A stretch of 64,000 nucleotides of DNA. It comes from Moniliella sp. 'wahieum' (taxonomy: Eukaryota). The stretch spans positions 1-64,000 of the forward strand of contig RSEE01000111.1 in NCBI GenBank assembly GCA_003971905.1, in the 5' to 3' direction. The position numbers and the translations under genes are program-made. Under the pieces are notes generated by a model. That model saw only the letters and a program-made list of their open reading frames with translations. It did no database searches and was not told where the DNA came from. This document shows positions 50,687 to 64,000 of this stretch, piece after piece (position 1 is the first letter of the stretch; each line of letters opens with the position of its first letter).

Positions 50687-51895
50687 GGCGGTGGGGGGCG
50701 GGGCGGTGGCGACGGCGGTGGAGAGGGCCGAGGGAGGGCCGTGGTGGAGGCGGAGGGAGGGCCGTGGTGGAGGCGATGGAGAAGGCGACGGTGGAGGCGA
50801 TGGGGAAGCCGCTGGATGCGTCGCCGCCGGGACGGGATCGCCTCGGTGGCTGCCTGGCGTGGCCGGCCAAGGTGGAGCGCCTGCGCGCCGACAGGCACCC
50901 GGCCAGTGTGTGGCGCGGCGGCCCCCCCCACTGCCCCGTGCCGCGCCCCGGCCGCTGCTGCTCAGCAGCAACGTCAGCCGCCTCCGCACGGGGCCTGTGT
51001 GCCGCCGCCCCCTCCACGTCGCCGCCGGTTTCAGTATTTCAGTGCTCCACTCCTTCCCCAGGTTCTTTTCCTCAGGTCTGACAGCTGAATCGTCCGTCCT
51101 TTTCGATGGGTCAAGCTATAAGCGACAAAGACATGGCGGTAAGTCAAAGCGGTGAGCCAGAGGTCGTCAAGCAACGTCTGAAGGGAAGGAGATAGGAGGC
51201 AGAAAGTGATGGGGGATAAAGCGAGCAGGGAGTCGGCTACGTCGTTGCGAACGAACCTCTCCCGCGCTGGACTAATACCATCTGGAAGGGAGCGTCCCCG
51301 CGTCATCAAGATTCAACAAAACTTATTGAGGGCCGTGCAGGGGATTGAACCCTATATGAGCGCTACCATCTCACGGGACCCGATATAATCCGGGAGTGGC
51401 AAAATCGGACTTTCCTCAGAGATGGTGTTGTTAACCGCGTTTGACGATATAACAGAGGGGAGGGTCGACGGAAGCGGCGCCAGCCATTGGTCTATCGCCG
51501 TTGCTAAAACTTGTCGAGGAGCGAAGTGTAACGACCTTAGACAAGTACAAGTCCCCGCAGTGACAGAGATCCAGGCGGCGAGACGAGACGACGAAATCAC
51601 AATACTATAGTGCCTGCAAAGTCTATGGCAATAGCTTCCCTAGACAGACCTCTATGGCGCTGGCACCAGTATTGAGGTCATTGCTCTGAACGCGCGCCTC
51701 CACCCCCACAGTTGTATACTCCCATGTCGACGTTGGTGAAAGTAGCGAGACTACTAGGAGAAACATGTAGCCGCTATGAATTCAGGGTATCACCAACAGA
51801 TCTGGTATCTGATCAGCACTATGCATATTATCTCGTAAAGGAGATACCCGGCGCCGACGTCTCTTGAATCAATGCATAAACCTGCGAGTATCATT

Positions 51896-53411
51896 TTACT
51901 TGTGGGTATCTTTCCCCTCAAGACTGTGGAGTAACTCGATGCGATGGCGATGGCGATTCCCGAAGTAGTTCAATGGAAGTAAAACGATAATCCACCCGAA
52001 GAGTACCGGAACATTTCGATACGCGTGGTTTGCTCCGCCATGGGACAGAACAGTCATGAAGAGTTCATATGCGTTGAACGCAGGCCACGCGTAGTGAATC
52101 CGGTAAATTGAGGGGAAATCTCGGGAGGGTTACCGTTGACTGGACTCGCAAAAGAAATGACAGTTAGCGCTTGTGTATATACACCCGTTGAGGCAAAATG
52201 ATACCGAGACGCAGTACTCACGGATACGCTTAACAACGCAGCAGTCAATACGATAGGTGGAAAGAAAAGAAACTCGGTGACCCAGCCAGTATATGTGTCG
52301 AAAACGAGCCACTGGATGAAAGAGTAGCACCAATAAGGGAGCCAATAACCCACAACATACTGCCATGCGGCAATGGAGTCCGCATCGTGGAACATCTCAA
52401 ACCAGAGCCCCACGAAATCCCCATCAAGCACGACACACAACCCAAACCCTAGCCGGAAGGCCCACATTTCCGAAAGGGGGGATTCCAATCATATGAGTCA
52501 AATGGCGAGTCCTTGCATCAGAAACCGATGGGGACCGTAGGCAAAACACTTCCCACGGTGTCTACCCAGAATTTGACGCCAGCAGAAAAGTCGCGTATGT
52601 GTGGCAGGGTTCCTGAAAAGCCAGTAAGAAGAACACGGATGCCCGATAATGGTAGTGGTGTTTCTCCCTGCAGCATCGCTTGCCCATAGTGCGATTGCCA
52701 GAGATCGCTAGCATCGTTGATGGCTGTTTCCATAGATGCCTGAACATTAAGTTCGGTTAGCGCCCACCGAGCGCCGTTGTACTCATATCGGATGGCACTC
52801 TGTGGATCAAACGGTGTGGTATTCTTTCCCTCAATGGCCTGGAGAAAAGAAAGTGTTGCATTGGGAGCAGCAGCGACCAACCCCCAATAATGACCTCTGT
52901 CAGAAAGGAATATGTCAGTACTCTGTAATGGCAAGTTCACATCACAATTGTGGCAGTCCTGGTATTAGGGAAAACTGACCGATAGACTTCATCGTGGGGT
53001 GTGCTAAGGTTGTTGTACTTGGAACAAACGGACCATTCACTCTGCCCTGACAGTGCCTCGGTAGCGTTTCGCACTGCTTCCCCTGCACGTCCACTCGTGA
53101 TTAGCAACATGTCAAGTAACTAGCGGGGAATGCGTACGATTTGCCCACCATCATGGTCCAGGACAAGCACAGGCAGGTTTCTCATCTTGTCATTCTCCTT
53201 GTACGCCGATCCGTAGAGCCATGTGGCGGTGAACCAAGCCACGAGGAAGTACACAGCACCAAATTTGGCCAGGAATCGCAAGTAAGCCGGCTGAAAGGGG
53301 CATTGCCCCTTTAAACCTGTCATTTGACAGAGTGGATGAAACAATCGTATGCCCATCGACTTCGGTATCGATACGATTTTCCATGTCTAAACCTTGCTGC
53401 TTGGCGACCAT
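51896..53411 (-). CDS. SNG1/DUF3533-family membrane protein, copy A (intron-containing)
   Basis: WLYGSAYKE...LPVLVLDHDGGQI, GHYWGLVAAAPNAT...FDPQSAIRYEYNGARW, and the C-terminal PAFNAYELFMTVLSHG...YRNVPVLFGW ending at TAA 51896. Confidence 0.8.
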
Positions 53412-54916
53412 CGTTGTGCGGTAGGGTTTGGACGTAAAGGGTCGGCTTGATCCGGTGCCAAGAAGCGAACGAGAGCGAATTTGGTGCAAGAAAGACTGGG
53501 GGGGGGTTGATGAAATGGCTACCGCCTCTAACCTGTAGAGGTGAAGCTGCTAGGGGTTGGTGGAGAGAAGGATGGTAATATCATCCCATGGAAGCGGGCT
53601 TCGCATAAAATGCCACAGTCGAGCTATTGAGCAACCGTTGCCGCAAGGATAGTCACATCCTACTGTGCATCATGCATCCGTCAGCATCGAAGATCGTCTG
53701 CGGTATCTGATCAAATTAGAGGTTGGGGGTGGCCGGTGGGCTGGATTCTCATACTGGTTTGTGCGGTTTGCACCTTCGGAAGACTTTTTTTCCAGCAGGG
53801 AAGTGTAGAACATTGACGCTGATTCGATGGTCCGGAGGACTGACAAAGCTCTCAACAAATCCGGCTACGTCCGTCGGTCGTCCCTTTGTTGTTGCGAGCC
53901 TACACACTAGCAAAGCCCGGGAGAAGTCTATAACCACTCGACACTCAAGCAACACTCTCACAATCCGAGACAGTTTCACAGGTGGCGCATGCACCGTCCC
54001 TAAAAGACCCTACTAATAATCAGTCTGTAGTTCAAAAGCTCGTCAAGCGTCACTAGCTCGCGTCACTGATATACATTCCGACATGGCGGTTGTATGCCTT
54101 TAACCGGTAACCCACCCTTTAGGAGCGAAGCTGCTATTCCGTTCCGAGTGCATTCGGAGATAAAAAGTGTGCACAACTGTTTTCTTACTGTTGGCTAATA
54201 CAGGTTTTGGTCGTTGGGACGAGATGATCGATGGACGTTGAACTCAACGTTCTCAGCAATGAGTAAAAGGGTATCCGATAGCACTTCCTCGCCCTTTGGG
54301 ATCCATCGATCGTCTTCATTCACTTATCAAGGTCTACTACTAAATACGAGTTGCCCACCACAGCCACGTATACTAGCAGTGCCTTCTAGTCAGCACTAGT
54401 CAGGAAGTATCCACCACGGATGGCTGAGTATATGCTAGGTGCGCATCCGGGGTTTCCACCGAGTATCCACCGGGAAAAAATACCTGCCATGCAACCGTGG
54501 TCGTTTGCCGGCGGGATGGACCCTACCATCGTCATCGCGTCATCCATCTGCATGGGCATAGGAGTTGCGACGTAGTAGTACACGATACATGAACGCGCCT
54601 TTTGGTTCTGCTCTGGAGTCGGCAACTGTGTTTTTAAGCCGCTGTCGGGCCGGCATGGCTGTGACTGTGGCGCCGTGCTGTTTTGACGGTGCAATCCAAA
54701 GTCCGATGTTTTACACTTTCAACGCGGCAGAGCTATTCACGAGATTATCGGTTCCTAAGTGGCCTTCTGGCAGCTTGAGACCGTTTGCGCCTTTATTCTG
54801 GGTTGTGCTAGACCACCTTCAACAACTGGTTCTTTCGTCGAGGAGACCTTCGCCCCCGATTCGAACAACAGCAGCTATTCAGATGCTTGAGGAACACCAC
54901 GCCCGTTTCACATCTC

Positions 54917-56751
54917 ATGCTTAAACGGGCCGCGTCGGGAGGAAGGCGACGCTGATACGATCATTGAGCAGGAGATGCACGGATGGAACCGTTTCTTCGC
55001 GGGGCCATCGTCCATACACGTTCCCTGCATGAGGCGTCACGACAAGACACGATTGAGTATGATGTGTTTGAGTCTGGACTGGGCACGGCGCACGGCCAAT
55101 TCACGGTGGAAAGCATCAAGCCCTTCATTAAGGTCAGTTCAATTTTTATCGTCGTCTTTCTTGGCCTTGCCTACATTGTGCCAGCTGGATTGGTGGATCG
55201 TCGTTCCAGCAGAGCGGCAAGGCATCACGGCTTACTGTGTTACTGCTTGACCTGGACCAAAACGAAATTGGTAAGGAATCCTTTGTACTACTGAGAGTCC
55301 GCGCCGGGCAGACTATTGAACAGATATATACTTCTTTTGTATTCTTCTTTGTAAAAGGGCACAGTCTTGTCGCTGCTGCACACGACTTATCTGGTCAACC
55401 GGGAATCGCCACATTTCGGCAAGTAAACTGGACCTGGGATCAAGGCTATGAAGCCGTTTGGAGGTATGTGCACATCAGAGCCCAATATTAATTCCAGGAA
55501 AAGGTATGCACAAGTGATGCGCACATGAAGAACTGAACTCTCTATGATGCAGAGGTCACGCGTGGGGTGCAATCGCTGCTATGCCAAACGCCACCATGAG
55601 GTTGCTGAATGCGATTGAAAACAGTGGTGATTACGAGCCAACAAGTGCTCTGCAGTACGTGTACAATGAGGCGCGCTGGCCGACGGTGAACATGATGTTC
55701 GTCCAGCCTTCCCTGTCCGCCTTGGTACGTGGTACGCAAAACCAGTGGATGATGAATGCTGGAGCACCACTTTTGGCTTCAGAGGCAAGCCTTTCTCAGC
55801 AGGCAATCAAAACAGTGCTGCAAGGCTTTTCAGCTCGCGTGTTCAACATCAAACCATACGGCATTGGGATCAAGTTTTTGTACCTTCGGTATCGCATGTG
55901 GTTGCCTTTGTGCCGACAGCCTTTGTCATGCTGGCATGCCGGGGGTGGTTGCTGTCTATGGCCCGCCGAAGTATGTCCAGTACATGTTTCTGCGGATTGG
56001 CGCAGCCCTCATCTTTTCTTCTGATTGGCATGTCGTGGGGATTGTGGGTCGAGATGTATCGAGAGACACTGTCCTACTCGGCCACTCAATTTTGTCGCAT
56101 TTGGGGCGTGTACTGGCTATACGCGCTGGTCAACTTTCTCTTCATCGACACGGTCACCAGTTTCCTCCCGCCTCCCGGTGCTCCTTTCTGCATCTTCCTC
56201 GTGGCTATTATATGTACATACCATTCTACTCCTTTTCTGCGTACACACGGCTCTCGATGCCCCACCTTACTGACTGTTTGGCATCTCATCGCAACGCAGC
56301 CATCACAAGTGCTGTTTTCCCACCAGACATCCAACCGCGGTTCTACCATTTTGATTACATCGTTCCAGCCTTGAATTGCTACGAGCTGTACGTTACCATC
56401 GTGACCAACGGGTCTACCTCACGAGTGTATCGGAACTTGCCAGTGTTGTTCGGGCAACTCGTAGCCTATCTCACGCTCAATTTCCTGCTGAACTACCGAA
56501 GGTGGAAATCCGACGTCCGGTCTTACGATGAACAACTTCCAGAACATCAACGCTGGCGGGAAGCCTTGGAAACAAACAGACTCATGACTAATGCTGCTAC
56601 TGCATGCCCCTGGCTCGATGGCCACGGGCAAGCGATCACACATTTTCCTGGTTTCTCCCTAGGAAGCTATTGTCCTCTATACGGTGCGTTTCGATACACA
56701 ATTTACGCATTAACAGAGGGCGTAAACCCTCAGGTAACTCATCGGTATTAA
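54917..56751 (+). CDS. SNG1/DUF3533-family membrane protein, copy B; both ends approximate
   Basis: AMPNATMRLLNAI..YEPTSALQYVYNEARW, QFCRIWGVYWLYALVNFLFIDT, and PRFYHFDYIVPALNCYELYVTIVTNGSTSRVYRNLPVLFG. Confidence 0.8.
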
Positions 56752-57828
56752 CAACAACGGGGTCACTACTAGTAATGACTGCTGCTCCGCCAACCAGACC
56801 TACACTGAGAGACTCGGTTGATGAGTTTTGCTCTTTGGTCCATCACTTGACGTTTCCCAATAACCACCAATACCGCCGCGCCGTGGCGTATCATAGCCAT
56901 CAGAATATTCACTCCATGAAACGCAACAAAGAGGGACGCGAGAATCCTTTTCTGCGTTAGACGATGTGTGGCGGGGTTGCCACGACGATAAGCAGACTGC
57001 AAGGAACCACCCCTACGGTCTAAACGTTAGGAATGAGCGAAGAGGGACGAGCGACGAGTACTAATTAACAGCGGAATCCCTCGGTTATCGTTTCGCCCTG
57101 TGCACTTTTTACATCAGCTGCCCCGTGCCCCCTTCCACGCCCCCTGCAGCCAGAACGAATCGGTGATATTATTTCTATGTCGGTGTTGGCGAGGGTGGAA
57201 CGGTGGCTACGGTGGCGAAGGGGGAACGGCAGCTGGGGCGAAGGCCCAGCTGACCGGGCCGTAGGCCCGGGGGTCTCCTCGTGATTAATGAAGACCACTG
57301 AACAAGGCCTAAACTACTGGCAGCCAGGGACGAACAACACCAATGGGAGCTCAGCGCCCTCAGCGCCTCAGAGCGCTCCATGTCACAGGCCAAAAAACTA
57401 ATGCCCCTCTGCCTCAGCACGTCGACCACCCTCATCCCTCACCCGGCCTCACCACCCACATCTCTCTACCACACAGACTCATACCCATATCGAATTTTTC
57501 TTCTGCGGTCGATCCGGGTAACGGATCAAGCTGATCAAACGTGGCGCATCGCGCCCAAAAACATATATGTGCGAAATAAGATGCAGGAGATGAGTACAAC
57601 AGAGGGAGTGGGGGTCTGAGATTCGGCGAGTGGGAGAGTGGGACGGTGGGAGATTCGGAGAGTGGGAGAGCGGGAGACTCTGACACTCTAGTTCGGACAT
57701 GTGACAATGAGAAAGGTCAGCGCGACATGAGGATCCGTCCAAGATCCGTGCAAGATCCGAGGGTCTAATAAGGGGAGGGACAACCGTAACCCGTATACCC
57801 GTACCCGTACCCGGCCTTCGTGGCGCAA

Positions 57829-60186
57829 TCAACGAATGAACCAAGACAAAACGAAGCCGAGTAAGGCGACGATACCGATCTGCCAAAAGGACGCGACGTA
57901 GTTGAAGGGCCAAGGGTGTGCGTCGGGGGCAGGGGAGACCGAGTAGGCCCATAAGATGCCACCGAAGATGGGGCCGAGGCAACGTGCGGCCGAGGTGGTA
58001 GTTTGAGCCAAGCCATTGGCTAGGGGGACCAACGCTGGAGGGCTCAGGGCATTGATCAAAATAGTGATCGAAGTGAAGGCAGCTACGTTGGCTAGGTACC
58101 GCAGTGCGCTGATAGCTACCATGGTGGGCATGACGAGTGCCCTGCCCAGGCCGAAGGGTACCACTTCCTCCAGTGGACGCAGCAGGGGGAACAAGACGTA
58201 GCACGGGAAGTAGAGTGCCATACCGAGGCGGAGCATGCTAGCGTGGGTCAGCTGGCCCGTGGGCGGGCCGACGCGGGGATAAAACCGATACTGCAATAAG
58301 ACTTGGCAGATGGCCATGATGGCGATCAGAACGGCAAAGTGGGCTGCGGTCAAGCCCAAGCCGCCATCGGAAAAGGGGGTTACAAGAAACACATTGAACA
58401 CCTGGTCAAACGAAGAGAGTGCAGAGCCAAGAGGGAGTAGACCAATCACCAAATAAGGTACTGAGGCGCCGCGCTCCTCGGCGGGTTCGGCACGCGGCCC
58501 TTCGAGCGGGGACGGAGGCGCAGGGCTATGGGCTCGGTGAGCTGGGCGGACACGCACACCAGAACGACGGAACAACACGGGCATCGTCCTTCGTCTGCGG
58601 TGGGGCGAGGAACGGAGATGGACCGAGGTAAAGTGCAGCGGGGCCAGTGGTGGTTCACCATTCTCTTCCTGCCTCTGGGTAGATGCCAAGGCATCCCCAA
58701 ACGGTTGGTCCGGATCCAACTCGACCGCATCGGCATCATCTGCTTGCGCATGATACAGGTCCAACACGTCGTCGCTGCTGGCGCTTTCATCGGCCTCCTC
58801 GTCCCACTCCAATGACCCCGTAGGATCCTCCTCGTCGGGGGCGCCATGATCGCGCTCGCCACCAAGCACAGCCGCCACCCATAGATCGACAAGGCTCATG
58901 CTGTCGTTGGCGAGCAGAAACCGCTCGGCTACCGTTGGCAGGCGCGAGGAAGGGGCAAGCTGCGCGGTGCCGGGGACAGGCAATGGGCGGGAAGCAGGGC
59001 GGTAGCCATAGGCCGAGCCGGGGGGTACCTGTGAGCTGCTGCTCGGATACGATGGTCCGGGGTTAGGATCGGAAGGAAGCGAGATGGGTCCGGTCGAAGG
59101 TTCGGGGAGAAGGTGACCCAAGGTCTGAGCGGCAGAGCGGCCGGCAGAGCGAGCGCTCAAGAGCAACTTGTCCCCCACGCGGCGCAGATCGTCCTTCTCG
59201 ACCGGGAGAGCAATGGATCCTGTCCTCGACCCCCCGTCCGCGCAACAAAGAAGCATAGCAGCGCGCCTCCAGCTGGGATGAAGGAGGCGACCACAGGGCA
59301 GCAAATACGGTAACCGAACAAATACACTCGACGAATCAAAGGCCCAAGGGAACTTTTGTACGGGATGTTCCAAGACGCCACCCAAGATTGGGCTGTGGCA
59401 TCCGGTGCCCCCCCACCCCGAAAGATAGTTGGTCAGCAACACAAATACAACTCCAGTCACACATGCAGCAGGACCACGCACCCAACACTGCCTCCCAAGC
59501 TCCAGCAGACACCGAGGAGCGCGTACGCGCGCGCCTCGTGAGCTGGTGAACAATATCCACCACCGTGGCGCGGGCGACACCTACAGCGCCATTGAATACG
59601 CCCTGGGCAAAGCGGGTAGCCAGCACGGCGGGGAGGGTGGAGGATGCACCGAATGCGACGGTGGCCAGGGCCGAGCCGGCGAGGGAGGCGGCCATCACGG
59701 CTCGGCGGCCATGGCGGGCAGCAAGGCGAGCCCACAGGAGGCTGGTGATGAACTGGGCCAAGAAGAAGGTGGCACTGACAATGCCCACCCAGAGCCCGAC
59801 CTGGCCCGGAGCCAAGGTGCCCATGTCGGCCAGCATAAAGAACAAGAAGGGGCCGCCGACGCCTGCGCAGAGGAATTCGCCAAACAGCACACAGCAGACG
59901 ACGGCGAAGGGGATGCCGTAGGGCGCGGGGGATGGCAGGAGAGGGGGATGTATGCGCGGCCATCGGCAGCAGCCAAGACGCGCTCCAGCTCGGCGTCGGC
60001 GGGGAGAGGTGGTGGGAGCGGGCGCGGGGGCGGGGGCGGGACGAGGGCCAGGGCCAGGGCCAGGTGCGGCGGCGGGGGGCGGGGGCGGGGCGGTGCGCTT
60101 GAAGGAGCGCGGGCCAAGCGGCTCGAGGGGACGGCGGTGGGGCCAGTGTCGGGGTCGTCCGGCACGGCGAGCTCCCACGCGGACAT
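57829..60186 (-). CDS. MFS transporter (ZIFL/YCR023C-like) with a long central loop
   Basis: GLWVGIVSATFFLAQFITSLLWARLAARHGRRAV (motif A), RFAQGVFNGAVGVAR, PILGGVLEHP, YLLPC and PLANGLAQTTTSAARCLGPIFGG. Confidence 0.9.
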
Positions 60187-60244
60187 GACGGGCGAGGCGG
60201 AGGCGGTGGTGGGGGCGCGGACAGGGGGCTGAGCAGGCGGGCGT

Positions 60245-62536
60245 TTAGCGTTTAGCGTTGGTGGGATGGCAGAGTGGCGACTGCGCAACATGCGGGTGGG
60301 AAAGTTTCACTATGCACCTGAACATCTCACCAGCACATCCATCACCGCCCGCATCGTCCTCATTCTGACGGCTGTCTTCCTCTCCCCCATCCGCCTGCAA
60401 ATTCAATGCGTTGATATCTCGATGTGTGAATGGGTCGATGTACCAGGTACCAAGGCAAGGACCCGGGGTAGGGGGGGTAAGGCTAAGATGTGTGTGGGGG
60501 AGTGCGATGGAACGGGGGTGGAGCCTCGTGGGGCGTAGCTTGCACGTCCGCGTCCGCATCGGCTTCAGCGTCGGAACGTGACACTGAGCGCAACGAAAGC
60601 GGGGACCTGTGAGCGTGTGGGGCAAGGCACTCGTACAGGGCAGGGTGAGAATTATCCAGCGCGTCGAGCCATTGGAAAAAGGCGTGGTGGAGGTCCTCTT
60701 GCTTGCAAAGCAGTGGGTAAATGTGTTGCTGGGCAAACGCTTGAACCTCAACTTGGTCCACCGGCTCAAGACGAGGTAAAGCGGGAAACTAAGTAACGCC
60801 AAGCGTTCGTCGACAGTGTGATGGTACGCGTCAAACAGTGGTGTGGACAGTACCAGTCCCTCGGCCGGGGCGCGTGGTACGCCCACCCCGCCCGATCCGC
60901 TTACCTTTCCCGCACCAGCCTTACCCCGGAGTACGTCTTGTGCAACCCCGTCCCGGTCGTACCAGATGCGCACGGGCGCGCGCGAGCGGGTAACCGCAAC
61001 GAAGGTCGCGACCATTTGGCGGATCCGGTGGTGGACCAACGAGTCTCCCTGGACAGTGAGAGTGAGCTTGATCCACTGCAGGCCGGTGGGATCGGTGGGG
61101 TAGACAAACGGGTCAGAGAGGTGGACGGTATGCACGGCCGGTCCGGCCTGCTGATCGTTCGTCCCTTGGTGCGCGGTACAGGTGGGAAAAGTGGGACTAG
61201 CTTGCCAGGCGCGGAGGTGCTGCCGTGCACGGGCGAGCGTGGACGCAGGTAAACGGTAGGTAGGTAGTTTGGCGTACACCTGGTCTAACCAGCTGCGTTT
61301 CCCCTCGGTAAGTGGGTTAGGGTGGTGTCGTCCCCTGTCGCGCCCACGCTTGCCCATCGGTTCGGGCGAGGACGCTGGCGGGGCGCAAGGCGGATGGGGC
61401 GGAAGCGCACGCCAAAACGGATGGTCCAGTACGTCCTCCCACGACGGCAGAGGCGGTGGGTCGTTAAGCAACTCGGCTCGCACGTCGTTTGGAACGGAGA
61501 AGGATTGCATCCACGCCAGATCATCGCTGGGTGCGCCGGCCTGGAGTTCTTGCTGGTGAAAGTGCTGGAAGCGGCGGTGCATCGCGCTGCCCGGGCGCGG
61601 CGGGAGGAAGAGGTAGGTGGGGAAAACGTACTCGTACCGACATGACGGGGCGACGCTGCGGAGCTCAAAGAGCTTACTGGTGCGCACTAGGGCAAAGATG
61701 CGCACAGTCGGGGGCAACAACTGATTAGCCCTAGCGCGAAGACGTTCCAATGCTGTACGGGCCTTATCTTGGGCCACGCGTAGCTCCTCCTCGCTCACCT
61801 CGTACGGTGCGGCACCTGCACTGGTCTTACGATCGCGACCAAACTGGTGTCGGAGGTGGCGGAAGCGCAGCGCGCGACAAGTAATAATTCTCCTCGACCG
61901 ACGGTGCCAGCGCCACACACTCGGGCACCTCGAGTTTCAACGAAAACACATTGGTCAAAGCGGGTACGCCAGGCTGCGTTCGTGCCGCGCCACACATCAT
62001 CACTTTACTCCGATTCGTCGCGTTGGCCTCGGTCACCGCACCGGCTCCCACCAGCGCACCAAATACCTCCGCTTCAATCCTATCCATATCGGCGGGGACC
62101 TGGGACCCCGCGTGGCCCAAGCCCGCTCCGGCATAACCAACCAACACGGCAAACTTACGTTTCACGCGCTTTTCCTCCGCCTCGGGCACGCTCTCGCCTG
62201 CCAAGTCCGCTGGCGTGGGGTGCCATCCGGGCGGCTGAGCGCGGCGCGAGGAGGGTTGGGTGCGTTGGTCCGGGTGGGGGTGGGAGGAGAGCGGGCGCGG
62301 AGGGGCGGGGCGGAGGGGGGCGCCGAGCCAGACGTCTGCTGCCGGATCAGGTCTTCAAACGTGCACGCCGACGCGGCGGGCGGGACGGACGAGGTGGACA
62401 GGGAGGACAGGGAGGACGGGTGGGGGGAGGAGGCGCGAGCGGAGCGACAGAGGCCGCACGACAGGTGGAGTGTCCTGCGCGGGACGAGGGGCGCGCGGGG
62501 CCGGGGCGCGCACAGCGGCAGACGCACGACGGCCAT
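60245..62536 (-). CDS. Pus1/TruA-family pseudouridine synthase homologue lacking the catalytic Asp; 3' end approximate
   Basis: KRKFAVLVGYAG, IEAEVFGALVGAGAV, AARTQPGVPALTNVFSLKL (canonical ARTDKGVHA..N..SLK), CRYEYVFPTY, GDSLVHHRIRQMV and VPRAPAEGLVL. Confidence 0.85.
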
Positions 62537-64000
62537 CGTGGCGATGCTGGTCGTGCGAGTGGCGGAGGCGGAGGTGGAGGCGGTGGCCAATGGCCGGTGG
62601 CCGATGGGGTGGACCTTCAACGGGCGCGGTGGGCGTGGAAGCTGGACTGGGGCGGTGTGGTGGGCTGCTCAGGCGGCAGCGCACAGGCGTGAACGAAGGA
62701 AGGTGGGAGGGAGGGGGTAGGAATGGGAGTGGGTGTGGTTACTTGATTGGCTGGTTTCATGTCATCGATCATGCATCATCCTTCCTCCACACACCCGCAA
62801 GAAGGCACAGACACTGCCCCCGCGCCAGCCGCGCCGCGTTAGCTTGTTCCTTCGCGTGGCCATTTCTAAAGTCTGTGGCCCAAGTCGATTGTCGACGAGA
62901 GAGGATCCGACGCTGCCACCCAGTGCTCCACCGCCCCCCCCCCGACAGGCCATCCAGCTCGACTCCCCCCGCTACGTCCTCGCCCTCGTCGCCTGTCGCC
63001 AGGCCCCAGGAACAGGGCCTGGCGGGGGAGCGTGTGACTGTCGTGGTCGCGTCAGGCAGTCAGGCAGCATCGCTGACTATGGCCCCGTCAAAGCAAAAAC
63101 CAATCCCAATGGACCATTGCATCATCGCAGCTTGGCAGTGGCCGCTCATCTGTACTATAGCACTCGCCTGCAGCGCTTGGCCGGGGTAGCGTGCTAACCC
63201 TGCGCGTGGCCTGGTCCCACGCCCACGCCCACCTCCCACTTCCGCCTTCCTTCGTAGTCAGTCATCGAGCAGGCCAACTATGCGAATTTAGAATGCCGAC
63301 GGTACTTGGAGGTAATCGATCAAGTGGATCCAGGCCGTAGCCGTAGCACCAGGCACGGCGGACCCAGTTGTCAGACACGCTGGCTGTCGTGTCACCAGTC
63401 CACACCTCATACTCAAAGCGTAGTCAACGTAGTCCACTGTGCGTCCGTCAGATTCATAAACGGGTCTTATGTGGAGCGGATGGCCAAGAGTAGGTCGGAG
63501 CTTTTGGAAGGTCGAGGCGAGGGGTATACATATGCTCATTCGTTTCCACCACAATCAGTGCACCTACTGTGACGTCTCTGGCGCGTACTCGAAGAGGATA
63601 CAGCCAGAAGGTGGATTTGTCTCAACCCATGGCGCAGCGTCTAGTCTTGGCCTAAGTGGCTCAAGTGGATCAACCGGCACAAAGCTTTTAATTGACTGGT
63701 CGCAAACACCAGTACCTACTCTACAGTCTATGGTACCTGGTACCCCTCCGTTTCGGGCGTGGCGGTGGTACGAGCACGAGAACCGAGGTTTCTGCAATGT
63801 CCTAGAGGTTTCTGTTGTCGTGCGGGATGTGGGACACCTCGCAGCCACAATGGTGGTGGGGGACATTTTTGTACTCTTGATGGAACTTTTACGAAGAGGA
63901 CCAAGTCGGACTATGCTCAGATACGTCTGTTGGGCCGTGCACACCTGTTTGGCACACTGACTTTTTGGTTTTGGGACCGGGAGCGGACGTACTCTGGAAC

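Noticed and set aside
63079..63189. Pheromone precursor (contains CIIA and CTIA, CAAX-like), and a mating-type locus suggested by MYO2 linkage in Tremellomycetes
   Set aside because: Neither CAAX-like motif is terminal or part of a repeated peptide, and no STE3, homeodomain or other MAT genes are visible.
63288..63960. CDS at the window end
   Set aside because: ORFs exist on both strands, but there is no recognisable motif or consistent exon structure to choose one.

Overview
Eukaryotic nuclear DNA from a GC-rich basidiomycete fungus. The Msb2 and glycogenin architectures resemble those of smut fungi (Ustilaginomycotina), which is an inference. Genes carry GT-AG introns and many microsatellites. 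Even essential genes such as myosin V contain many single-base frameshifts, most simply read as unpolished long-read indels, so gene boundaries are approximate. In order, the window holds: a 40-bp tandem array abutting a Tls1/C9orf78 gene (-); glycogenin (+); an Msb2-type signalling mucin (-); a ~10 kb gene-free nest of transposon relics (two LTR-like copies, DIRS/Ngaro-like fragments, a decayed low-GC gene); a long hypothetical gene (-); a decayed PBDC1/YPL225W copy (-); MPDU1 (+); a LAG1-type ceramide synthase (+); a coiled-coil hypothetical (+); a divergent tropomyosin (+); an Rkm4/SETD6 methyltransferase (+); an ADF-H/coiled-coil/PH protein (+); class V myosin (-); a head-to-head pair of SNG1/DUF3533 genes in a lower-GC island; an MFS transporter (-); and a Pus1/TruA homologue (-). 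Two observations stand out. First, the double-hairpin 40-bp array starts exactly at a GT donor inside a splicing-factor gene, and each unit carries a branch/pyrimidine/AG-like module. Second, the Pus1 paralogue has lost its catalytic Asp and looks mitochondrion-targeted. All family calls come from recognising motifs by eye; no database search was run.
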